DNA from: Euglena gracilis
Taxonomy: Eukaryota
Direction of reading: 5' to 3'
Assembly: GCA_039621445.1 (NCBI GenBank)
Contig: CP154954.1
Location: forward strand, 46,417,847 to 46,481,846
DNA: 64,000 nt
Positions 12,301-22,586 of the stretch are shown piece after piece. Numbering within the stretch: position 1 is the first letter of the stretch; each line of letters begins with the position of its first letter. Position numbers and translations under genes: made by a program. Below the pieces are notes generated by a model that made no database searches, was not told where the DNA came from, and saw only the letters and a list, made by a program, of their open reading frames with translations.

Positions 12301-15300
12301 CCCCCCCCCCCCCCCCCCTGAGTAGGCTCGGGCCCCCGCGGATTATCGATGTGACCTGATTTCGGGACCCGAAAGGTTAATAGCCTATAGGTTAGGAGAC
12401 GGTCCCTAGTTTGTCCAGAGCCCTTAGGTTGCCCGCAACTCCGCGCCAGGCCGGAGATCTGGCCCGAGCAAAAAAGTTGTCTACCGTTTTTTCAAAAAAA
12501 GTTTGTTGACCGGCAACAGTGGGTCATTTTTGGGGTCAAAAAATCGAAAAATTCAAAATATCTCGAAAACGCCGGGGAGTTGAGAAAAACTAAAGAGTAC
12601 CTCATTCCACAACTTTTGGACGCCCTATCCACCGGTATTCGCAGTTTGGGCCAACTCCCCGCCTAGCCCGAGATACGGCCGTTTTTCGGTCCAAATGGCC
12701 GTTTTGCGCACTTTTCCCACTGTCCGACTTAGCCGTTTTCGGGCCAAAAAGTCAAAAAAAATCGAAAATTTTTTTTTCGCCCAAAACCATGTTTTTTGGC
12801 CTCCCGGACCCGGAAAAAGTGTTTTTGAGCTGAAAATGAGCGCTTTTCGACCCGCCAGGGCCCCTTTTTGGGCCGCCAACCCATTGATTTTGGGTCAAAA
12901 CCGGGTCAAAAAAGTCGAAAAATATCGAAAAAATTTTTTCGCCCAAAACCATCTTTTTGAGCCTCTTGGTCCCGGAAAACAGCTTTTTGCGCTAAAAATG
13001 ATCTTTTCCCGCCGGACGAGCCTCAATGGTCCCCCAAAGAGCTCAGCTCTACGTCACACCCTGGTCGCTGAGCTCTTATCTCTATAGAGTAAGAGCGAAC
13101 CTTACCCACACCCCCCCCGAAACCCCCCCCTGACCCCCCCCGCCCCCCCGCCCCCCCCCCCCCGCCCCCCCCCCCCCCCCCCCCCGCCCCCCCTGAGTAG
13201 GCTCGGGCCCCCGCGGATTATCGATGTGACCTGATTTCCGGACCCGAAAAGTTAATAGCCTATAGGTTAGGAGACGGTCCCTAGTTTGTCCAGAGCCCTT
13301 AGGTTGCCCGCAACTCCGCGCCAGGCCGGAGATCTGGCCCGAGCAAAAAAGTTGTCTACCGTTTTTTTTCCAAAGAAATTTTGTTGGACCGGCAAAAGGG
13401 GTCATTTTTGGGGGTCAAAAAATCGAAAAATTCAAAATATCTCGAAAACGCTGGGGAGTTGAGAAAAACTAAAGAGTACCTCATTCCACAACTTTGGGAC
13501 GCCCTATCCACCGGTATTCGCAGTTTGGGCCAACTCCCCGCCTAGCCCGAGATACGGCCGTTTTTCGGTCCAAATTGCCGTTTTGCGCACTTTTCCCACT
13601 GTCCGACTTAGCCGTTTTCGGGCCAAAAAGTCGAAAAAAATCAAAAAAAATTTTTTCGCCCAAAACCATGTTTTTTGGCCTCCCGGACCCGGAAAAAGTG
13701 GTTTTGAGCCGAAAATGAGCGTTTTTCGACCCGCCAGCGCCCCGTTTTGGTTCGCCAACCCATTGACTTTGGGTCAAAACCGGGTCAAAAAAGTCGAAAA
13801 AAATCGAAAAAATTTTTTTCGCCCAAAACCATGTTTTTTGGCCTCCCGGACCCGGAAAAAGTGTTTTTGAGCTGAAAATGAGCGTTTTTCGAACCGCCAG
13901 GGCCCCTTTTTGGGCCGCCAACCCATTGATTTTGGGTCAAAACCGGGTCAAAAAAGTCGAAAAAAATCGAAAATTTTTTTTTCGCCCAAAAACATGTTTT
14001 TTTGGCCTCCAGGACCCGGAAAACATGTTTTTGAGCTGAAAATGAGCGTTTTTCGCCGGCCGGGCCGGAATGGTCCCCCAAAGAGCTCAGCTCTACGTCA
14101 CACCCTGGTCGCTGAGCTCTTATCCCTTTATGGGTAAGAGCGAAGCTTACCACTGGGGGAAAACCCCCCCCAACCCCCCCCCCCCCCCCCCCCCTCGGGG
14201 CCACCTCGGGAACCGGCGGATTATCACCATGATCCCGGCCCCGTTCCCGAAATTTTTTTTTTCAGTCACGAGCGACTGGATTCCTAGTTTCCGAATCACC
14301 TGGGTTTGACCCCCAACTCCCCGCCAGGCCCGAGTTATTCACGCGCGAAGGGGTCCAAACTGGGTAGGATTCGCCAACCCCCCCTGGATAAGCCCCCCCC
14401 CCCCCTTTGGACGGCCAAAAAATGTCAATTTTCAAAATATCTCCAAAATGAAGCAAAATCAAAGGAAATGTCCGGAGACCTAATTTGAAGCCCTTGGAAC
14501 GCCTCATCCACCGGTATTTTGATTTCCCCGCAACGCCCCGCCTAGCCCGAGATACGGCCGTTTTCGGCGCAGCTGGCCGTTTTGTACACTTTTCCCTCTG
14601 TTCGACTTAGCCGTTTTCGGGGGGTTGGGGGTCAAAAAATCGATGTTTTCAAAATTTCTCGAAAATGATGCAAAATCAAAGGAAATGTCCAGAGACCTAA
14701 ATTGAAGCCCTTGGAACGCTCTATCTACTGTGATTTTGGTTTCATCGCAGCTCACCGCCTAGCCCGAGATACGGCCGTTTTTCGGCCAATTTAGGCCATT
14801 TTGTACACTTTTTCCACTGTTCGACTTAGCCATTTTCGGCCAAAAAAGTCGAAAAAAATCGAAAAAATTTTTTTTGCCCGAAACGATGTTTTTTGGCCTC
14901 CCGGACCCGGAAAAACTGTTTTTGAGCCAAAAACAAGCGTTTTTCGACCCGCCAGCGCCCCGTTTTGGGCCGCCGACCCATTGACTTTGGGTCAAAACCG
15001 GGTCGAAAAAGTCGAAAAAAATCGAAAAAAATTTTTTTGCCCGAAACGATGTTTTTTGGCCTCCCGGACCCGGGAAAACTGTTTTTGAGCCGAAAACGAG
15101 CGTTTTTCGACCCGCCAGCGCCCCATTTTGGGCCGCCGACCCATTGACTTTGGGTCAAAACCGGGTCGAAAAAGTCGAAAAAAATCGAAAAAAATTTTTT
15201 TGCCCGAAACGATGTTTTTGGGCCTCCCGGACCCGGAAAAACTGTTTTTGAGCCGAAAACGAGCGTTTTTCGACCCGCCAGCGCCCCGTTTTGGGCCGCG

Positions 15301-18300
15301 AACCCATTGACTTTGGGTCAAAACCGGGTCGAAAAAGTCGAAAAAAATCGAAAAAATTTTTTTTGCCCGAAACGATGTTTTTTGGCCTCCCGGACCCGGA
15401 AAAACTGTTTTTGAGCCGAAAACGAGCGTTTTTCGACCCGCCAGCGCCCCATTTTGGGCCGCCGACCCGTTGACTTTGGGTCAAAACCGGGTCGAAAAAG
15501 TCGAAAAAAATCGAAAAAATTTTTTTTGCCCGAAACGATGTTTTTGGGCCTCCCGGACCCGGAAAAACTGTTTTTGAGCCGAAAACGAGCGTTTTTCGAC
15601 CCGCCAGCGCCCCGTTTTGGGCCGCGAACCCATTGACTTTGGGTCAAACCCGGGTCGAAAAAGTCGAAAAAAATCGAAAATTTTTTTTTGCCCGAAACGA
15701 TGTTTTTTGGCCTCCCGGACCCGGAAAAACTGTTTTTGAGCCGAAAACGAGCGTTTTTCGACCCGCCAGCGCCCCATTTTGGGCCGCCGACCCGTTGACT
15801 TTGGGTCAAAACCGGGTCGAAAAAGTCGAAAAAAATCGAAAATTTTTTTTTTGCCCGAAACGATGTTTTTGGCCTCCCGGACCCGGAAAAACTTTTTTTT
15901 AGCCGAAAACGAGTTTTTTTCGACCCGCAAGCGCCCCGTTTTGGGCCGCAGACCCGTTAACTTTGGGTCAAAACCGGGTCGAAAAAGTCGAAAAAAATCG
16001 AAAAAATTTTTTTGCCCGAAACGATGTTTTTTGGCCTCCCGGACCCGGAAAAAAAGTTTTTGAGCCGAAAACGAGCGTTTTTCGACCCGCCAGCGCCCCG
16101 TTTTGGGCCGCCGACCCATTGACTTTGGGTCAAAACCGGGTCGAAAAAGGCGAAAAAAAAATCGAAAAAAAATTTTTTGCCCGAAACCATGTTTTTGGGC
16201 CTCCCGGACCCAGAAAAACTGTTTTTGAGCCGAAAACGAGCGTTTTTCGACCCGCCAGCGCCCCGTTTTGGGCCGCCGACCCATTGACTTTGGGTCAAAA
16301 TCGGGCCAAAAAAGTCGAAAAAAATCGAAATTTTTTTTTTGCCCGAAACGATGTTTTTTGGCCTCCCGGACCCGGAAAAACTGTTTTTGAGCCGAAAACG
16401 AGCGTTTTTCGACCCGCCAGCGCCCCGTTTTGGGCCGCCGACCCGTTGACTTTGGGTCAAAACCGGGTCGAAAAAGTCGAAAAAAATCGAAAAAAATTTT
16501 TTTGCCCGAAACGATGTTTTTTGGCCTCCCGGACCCGGAAAAACTGTTTTTGAGCCGAAAACGAGCGTTTTTCGACCCGCCAGCGCCCCGTTTTGGGCCG
16601 CCGACCCGTTGACTTTGGGTCAAAACCGGGTCGAAAAAGGCGAAAAAATCAAAAAAAATTTTTTGGCCCGAAACGATGTTTTTTGGCCTCCCGGACCCGG
16701 AAAAACTGTTTTCGAGCCGAAAACGAGCGTTTTTCGACCCGCCAGCGCCCTGTTTCTGGCACAAATCCCATGGATTTCAGGCAAAAGAGCTCCATGGAGT
16801 GGTCCGGTATGTATGGAGGGGTCAATGAAGGGGTGCGTGCGCGCTTATTAAGAGCTCAGCACTATTCAAAACCTGGTCCGGACCCCCCCCCCTAGATGTT
16901 GGGAGGGGGGTCCTGTTCCCCCCACCCCCCCCTCCTTGACAGGTGCCAAAAATAGCAGAAAATTTTCTTCCGGCGCTGCGCACCGGAAAATGAGCAAAAA
17001 CACCCCTTTTTGTTGACTTTTGGACATATTGCCCTTTTTTTGATGTGTTGGTGTTTTCCCCCAAAAAATTGTTCAAAAAATTTCAAAAAACGAGCATTTT
17101 TGGATCGACTTTCAAAGAAAAATCAGGGGTTTTTGACCGATTTTGACCCGATTTCCGGCCCTTTGCCCGTCCATGAAATCGAAAATTTTTCGGCCCCCCC
17201 TCAGTTTCGAGGTAGGGGGGGGGTCTCCCCCACCCCCCCCCCCTCCATGTCGGGAGGGGGGGTCCGACCCACCCCCCCCCCTCAAGGCTTCCCATCCATC
17301 CCTGCCCCCTCCTGGACCGGAGGGGGTCCAACCCCTCCACCTGCCATTATATCGAACCGTGGGTCACCTCGCTCGTTATATACCCGTCCTCCACCTGGAG
17401 CCATTCAGGACATGCAAAGGAAAGCAATAGATGCCGGTGACGAATTTTTTTTGCTTCAAACCCCCCTGAAACTATTGTCGTTAATATTTATGCGACTAAC
17501 CGTCGTCAAAACATCATTTTTGACACTTATTTTTCGAGAATTGGGCTTTTGGTGGTTTTGGGGGAATTTTCAGGGATAGGATATTCACCAACTTTTCTTC
17601 ATCTTATACCCCCCCCCTGCAAAACCCACCAAATCTGATCTTATAAGCTGGGAGGGAGTTATGATGGGGTTATCCCGGCCTGCAGAAGTGTTGAAAGAAA
17701 AGTGGGTGTGGTTAGGTAGATTATTTGCCACAATCGCTAAGCTTTATCTGGCAGCTTTCCCGCAGCTTCCCCACATTTCACTTTTTCTTTTCACTCTCTC
17801 GGCATCGCACTCCCCCACGTTTTCCGCTTTTCATTGTTGCATTCCTGCACGCACATGAGTGGTGTTTTTTTTTATTGACTGGTGTTTGGGAAACCCCCGA
17901 AGTATTTCCCCCCCACCCAGCGCAGCATCCAATGAGAAGGCATTTCCTTTTTCAAAAATTGCGAACTCCATCCGCATGCCAGTGCCCACTCGGCCCAATT
18001 CCTCGCAGGCCGATGCCCAGGCCGCGGCCCAGGCTGGGCTGAGCCGGGCCGTGGCAGTCCCTGCCGCCGACCCGGGCTGGGGGGCGGGGCCGGACGGCGG
18101 GGGGGACCTCGCCCAGCAGCGGGCCCAGCTGGAGGAGGAGCGGGCGCAGCTGCAGACGGCGCGGGCGGAGTGGGACCAGCAGCGGGAGGAGTGGCGGCGG
18201 GCCAAAGTGTGCGCCGTGGGGGGCTTTGGCACCGTGGGGTCTCGGGAATGGTGCGCCGAGGGGGCGGCTGGATGGCACTCCTATCGGACAAAGTGGCCTC

Positions 18301-19099
18301 CCGGACGGTGCTGGGGATGCAAGTTCTCCTTTTAATAAGCCCTGTGCCGGCTCCTGTGCTGTCCTTGAAGCACAGCGCCTTTACGCACACCATTTGGTTC
18401 CTGGCGGCATCCATCCTTCACTTTTTGCAGCCCCTGCCACCCCAACCCTCACGCAGGCAACCCGGGACCGGGCAGAAGCTGAGTTGATGGCAAAGAGGGA
18501 ATCGCTCCTTCACTTCAGTGCAATGAAGGTATTACCATACAGCATGCTGTGTTGTTTTGGGGGAATTTTGTTTTCATTTTGTGAAATTATAGAAGTTTGA
18601 AGTTCATTTTTTTTTCTTCTCCTTCTTCCTTCTTTATCAATTTCTAGGTGGCAATCTGCCTCTGGGTTGTTTTCTTTGGGTTTTGTCCGCCCTCAAGTAA
18701 TCCCCAAAGGTCACATCCTCCGGTTTCTTTAGTACCCATCTGCCCCTCCCTCTGTGGTTGTCCGCAGGCTGCATCGGATGTGCAGCGTCTGGAGGAATGG
18801 AGCAACCGTCTTCATGCGACCCAGCAGGTTTGCCGAAGATTTATTTTTGGAAACCTGTGTTGGGGGCAACAAATTGTTGCTCCGTTCCATTTGACATTGG
18901 CTGGTATTGCGTTGACCTGCACGTTATCGCTGTATGCATTATGGCCGCCCTCGCTTCGCTGTTGTTTTCTTTCTTGCAGGAGTTGTGGGACATGGAGCTC
19001 CGGATGATGAATGCTCGCATCCCTGGGGCACTTGCGGCAAGCCCCCAGCTCATGTCAGGCAACCTCCTGGCCCTGCAGCTCCCGTTCGCAAGAACCTGA
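801..19099 (+). CDS. Multi-exon gene, unknown Pro-rich / C-terminal coiled-coil protein (5' end probably upstream of or at the window start)
   Basis: Well-supported 3' exons joined by phase-0 GT-AG introns: 18009-18206 (possibly starting at 17926), 18457-18528, 18768-18827, 18980-19099 (stop). They give ...LAQQRAQLEEERAQLQTARAEWDQQREEWRRAK|ATRDRAEAELMAKRESLLHFSAMK|AASDVQRLEEWSNRLHATQQ|ELWDMELRMM... Upstream exons ~801-974, 1736-1802 and 17349-17436 are frame-compatible but less certain. Confidence 0.6.
1828..16876 (+). mobile_element. Head-to-tail tandem array of ~11-12 non-autonomous Helitron-type elements
   Basis: Units start TCGCTGAGCTCTTA (e.g. 2041) and end AGAGCTCAGCTCT-N10-CTGG. The junction motif aagagctcagc...ccCTGG|TCgctgagctctt starts near 2013, 3210, 4248, 5977, 9324, 11120, 12170, 13037 and 14081. 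The last unit ends CTGG|T at 16876. No Rep/helicase ORF is seen. Confidence 0.75.
14830..16750. repeat. ~163-bp tandem repeat (~12 copies) inside the last Helitron unit; ~1-4 copies in the other units
   Basis: Monomer ...gacccgccagcgccccgttttgggccgccgacccattgactttgggtcaaaaccgggtcgaaaaag... recurs with 163-bp period (ORF starts 14965, 15128, 15291, 15454). It is rich in regularly spaced A/T tracts. Confidence 0.95.
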
Positions 19100-19964
19100 T
19101 TTTCATTCTGATGCAGGAACCAGATAGCCGCCGGGAGGTGGCACCCTGTTTTGGGTCGCCAGCATATCTTTTTATGGGGTCTGATGTGCACTCTCTTGAG
19201 AACTCTCCGAAGTCTTTGGTTGAGGGATTTTTCCCTCCCCCCCCCCCGTTGTCTGATAATAAATTACTGACAGAAATTTTTGGTGCTTGTCTGGCACACC
19301 AAATTGTGCCGGCTGCTCTATTTAATTGTTTTATGCCTGTTTCCTCCTAAATATGTGGATTGTCTGTGCCTGTTCAGATCAGTCCTAGATATGCGTGCTG
19401 GAGTCTGAACGCAACTCATGGGTTGTGTTTTTGGGGGTTTGACAGCCTCAAAATTATGAAATCTCTTTTGTCTCCTTGTCTGAACAATGGCTCTGGCAGA
19501 CCCCATCAACTTGCTTGCGTGAAACCCCAATTCAAAAGACGTGGTTCATTCAAAGAAGCACCCCCAGTTTTAATGGTAATTCCAAAAAAATCAAAAAACT
19601 AAAGAAATATAAATTGAATTCCAAAATAAATCAACAACAAAAATCAGTCAGGTAAAATCCCCAGCCCAAGGCCACGGTGCTGGAGCTGCAGGTCTGCAAT
19701 CACCAGCGGTCATGCAAATATGAGGCCAAGCGGGGGTGGTCCTGGCCCCTCCGAGGAGGGTCATGGCCACCGCTGAACGTCTGGCCCAAATCAAACACAA
19801 TGCAATTGTTTAACGTTTTGGGGCCATTTCCAGGCGGAACATATCGAAAATGCTTTCCCACTCCCCCCCCCCGCCCGCCGCCTGCACAAACAAATGAAAT
19901 CGACACCCCAGATGTCCCCCGCCCAACCACCGCGGGGGAGGGGCGGGGGAGGGGCGTGCCGCCG

Positions 19965-22586
19965 ATGCTGGAGCCGCCGTCGGCGTCCACGTCGTACACG
20001 GTGTCGCCGCACAAGCGCCTGCCGCGGCGCGTGGCGGACTGGGAGCTGTTCCACGCTGTGGCCGTGGACCTGAACATCCTCGTATCGTTCCGCCTCGCGT
20101 TCATCAAGTCCGCTCTGTGCGTGCCTGAACTGTGCCATGATGCAAGCGGTGGAACCATCGGTTGCCGCATCGCACATTTTCTGGGATGAGGGGGAAAGAA
20201 GGACGAGGTGGGTTATTGTGAATACCGTTGACTTTGCCAGCTTGGGTGATGGGCAGGCCAACAGACAGACAGACAGACAGACAGACAGAGTTTAGGGTGT
20301 TCGGTTGTCGATGGGAAAGCTTGGTTTCAAACCAAGCTTTCCCATGTAATTTGGGGTTTTCAAATTTCTCAAGTCCAAACTGGCACAAAAAAAAATCATC
20401 GACGCAAATACATTGCATACATTGGTCGATGCCTAGCACGGGGTGTTAACATCGCCAACTACAAAAGGAACTTTCAGGTTGCATTCTGAAGAATGCATAG
20501 AAGGTGATCCTTCAGCGGTCTGGCTTTGCCAGAGCGCATTTGGAACAGAACCATCCCCTCCCCCCACCCCGACGCCCCCGCCCCCTCAGGCTGGACCCGA
20601 TGCGCAGCGGGGTGCTGCTGCTCTCCCAGCTGCTCGCCCTCGGGGAGCTTCTGGCAGTGCCGGAGGCGACGCTGGGCCGCATCGCCGGCCTGGCCGCGCA
20701 AGTGGACAGCAGCCAGAGCGGCCGGCTGGACTTCTGGCAGCTGTTCGGTATCCAGGTGTGTGCGTGGGTGGGTGGGTGGGTGGGTGGGTGCACCCACCTG
20801 CGCGCGCCTGTGGGGGGGGGTGGATGTGGTGTGGGTGTGGGTGTGGGTGTGTGGGTATATGGGTGGGTGGTGGGTGGGTGGGTGCAGGGCGTTGCTTAAG
20901 AAAATTTGACCCCACCCCAGGGGGGTCAAGCCAGCCAGCAGCGTTATCCCCTTTTTTTCAGCCCTGGACCCCCCATCAACAAGATTTATTTGTTTCCACC
21001 CGCCCTTCGGGCGGCTGGACTTAATGGATTTTTCGTTTTCGGGGGCACAAAAATGGGCAAAAAAATGGGCCAAAAATGGGTGAAAATGGGTTGGAAAAAA
21101 GCTGCCCAGGACATTTTTGGGGTCAAAAAGTCGATTTTTTTTGCATGATTGGTAGTTTTTTTTGACCATTTTTGTGATTTCGATTTTGGTACCCGACCCC
21201 CGGTCGGCCCAGCTCCAGCCTGGGACCCCTATGGGGGGAGGGTCAGCCAACAGCCTTTTTTCAGCCAGCCCACATTACCCAGCCAATGAACTGGACCCCC
21301 CCGGGGTCCATGAGCAACGTCCTGGTGTGGGTGTGGGTGTGGGGTGTGTTGGTGTGTGTGTTTGGTGGGAGACATTGGATCTGCTGTAGGAAGACCAAAA
21401 AAAAACAACCCTCCAGCTGGGGATGTCAAAGAGCACACGCGTGCCCACCCACCCACACCCACACCCTCACCCACACCCACACCCACACCCACACCCACAC
21501 CCACCCCCCCCCCACGCGCGCGCGAACACACACACACACACACACACACACATGCGGACGTCCTTCCAGCCTGTTGGTTTCCATTCTTCAGGTATACGTT
21601 GAGTGTAACCTGGCTAGAGCTTCGCTTTTCTTTTCTTCTTTCCTGAAAGCACCAAAGTGGCCTTCTTGCATTATTATGCATTATTGTTGAGCACTGGAGT
21701 CTTTTCGTGAATCAGCCAAATTGCTGTGCAGAATGAATTTACTGACATCAACACCGAAACCCCCGAAAAACCTGGCGGCAGGGGGGGGGGCAAAAAAGAT
21801 GGTTGCACCACCTGAACCCCCTTTTTGAGGCAAATTTCTAAAACTTATTTGGAGAGGGTGTTTCAGTTTAGATGCTGCTCCAAGTTGTTTTCCTTGAAGA
21901 TGTCATCAAAAAGGTTTCTTGCATCATGAAGACCTTTTGCACATTTTCCGAAAAGTGCAGTTCAGCGCTCTGTTAAATATCTTTGAATTTTTTCCTGCCT
22001 TCCCAATTTTTTGCAGGGGGTTTTCGATCTCTCTCCCTGGACATGCAGAAATGGACAAAATTTTCTGAGGCATTCACACAAGAATGCGCAAAGCTCATAT
22101 TTGAATCAAATTTAAGAATGTGAGTTAAGCACATTTTGGGGTAGTTTTGGCGTACTTTGTCGATTTCATGCATTTTTACCCAGGCTGGCCAGCACCTCTG
22201 CCTTGCTTAAGTCATGAATAACTTTCATTGCAGTGGGTGCAGGGATGGCTACAGAAGCGCCAGTGACCTCAAGTTTGGAGAATGGGGAGTGAGTCCACCA
22301 ACTCACTGCCGCCAAATTTCCTGCTTCCAAACAGCCCAACGAACCATTTTACCCCCACAACGGGTGGCCAGAGTTCCAGGGGAGAATGATGAGCGAAGCC
22401 CCAACTCCGGCCGCCTTCGACTTCGCCTCGTGGATGCAGTTCGTGACGCAGTCGCCGTACCACTGGCCTCCCCGGCCCCGGCCGCGGGCGGCGCTGACCG
22501 CGGCCCCCGCCCCGGACACCCCCGCCAGCCCCCCGTCATGGCCCACCCCCGCGGCCCCTTTTGGCGCCGCCCCCCGCCCCCTGTGA
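19965..22586 (+). CDS. Multi-exon gene encoding a degenerate EF-hand pair protein
   Basis: Exons ~19965(or 19912)-20107, 20590-20755, 21592-21606, ~22377-22586. A phase-2 GT-AG join gives FRLAFIK|LDPMRSGVLLLSQL...AAQVDSSQSGRLDFWQLF, i.e. two EF-hand-like loops (DxxxSGxL). The last junction and the start are uncertain. Confidence 0.65.
20885..21324. mobile_element. CAG...CTG MITE (hAT-like) in a GT-AG intron
   Basis: TIR cagggcgttgct / agcaacgtcctg; inserted in a GT-rich microsatellite, so the duplication is ambiguous. Confidence 0.7.

Larger units (their letters stand above)
1803..17348 (+). other. Putative 15.5-kb non-conventional intron
   Basis: Exon ...GCC ATC|aca CGG ggag ... ctccac CTG ccatt|ATA TCG. 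C-D-G at +4..+6, CTG at -8..-6, Y|R junctions, degenerate 8-bp repeat ccatcaca/ccattata, and an in-frame join (PSVPAI|ISNRGSPR). Confidence 0.5.

Noticed and set aside
2013-14130. Spliced-leader RNA, 5S or other RNA-gene tandem array; integron attC-like cassette array
   Set aside because: No recognisable 5S, rRNA or full spliced-leader sequence and no variable cassettes. The termini and the solo copy fit a Helitron.
15481-16764. 427-aa ORF and many other F/K-rich ORFs across 1800-16800
   Set aside because: These are translations of the 163-bp tandem repeat, open in several frames on both strands.
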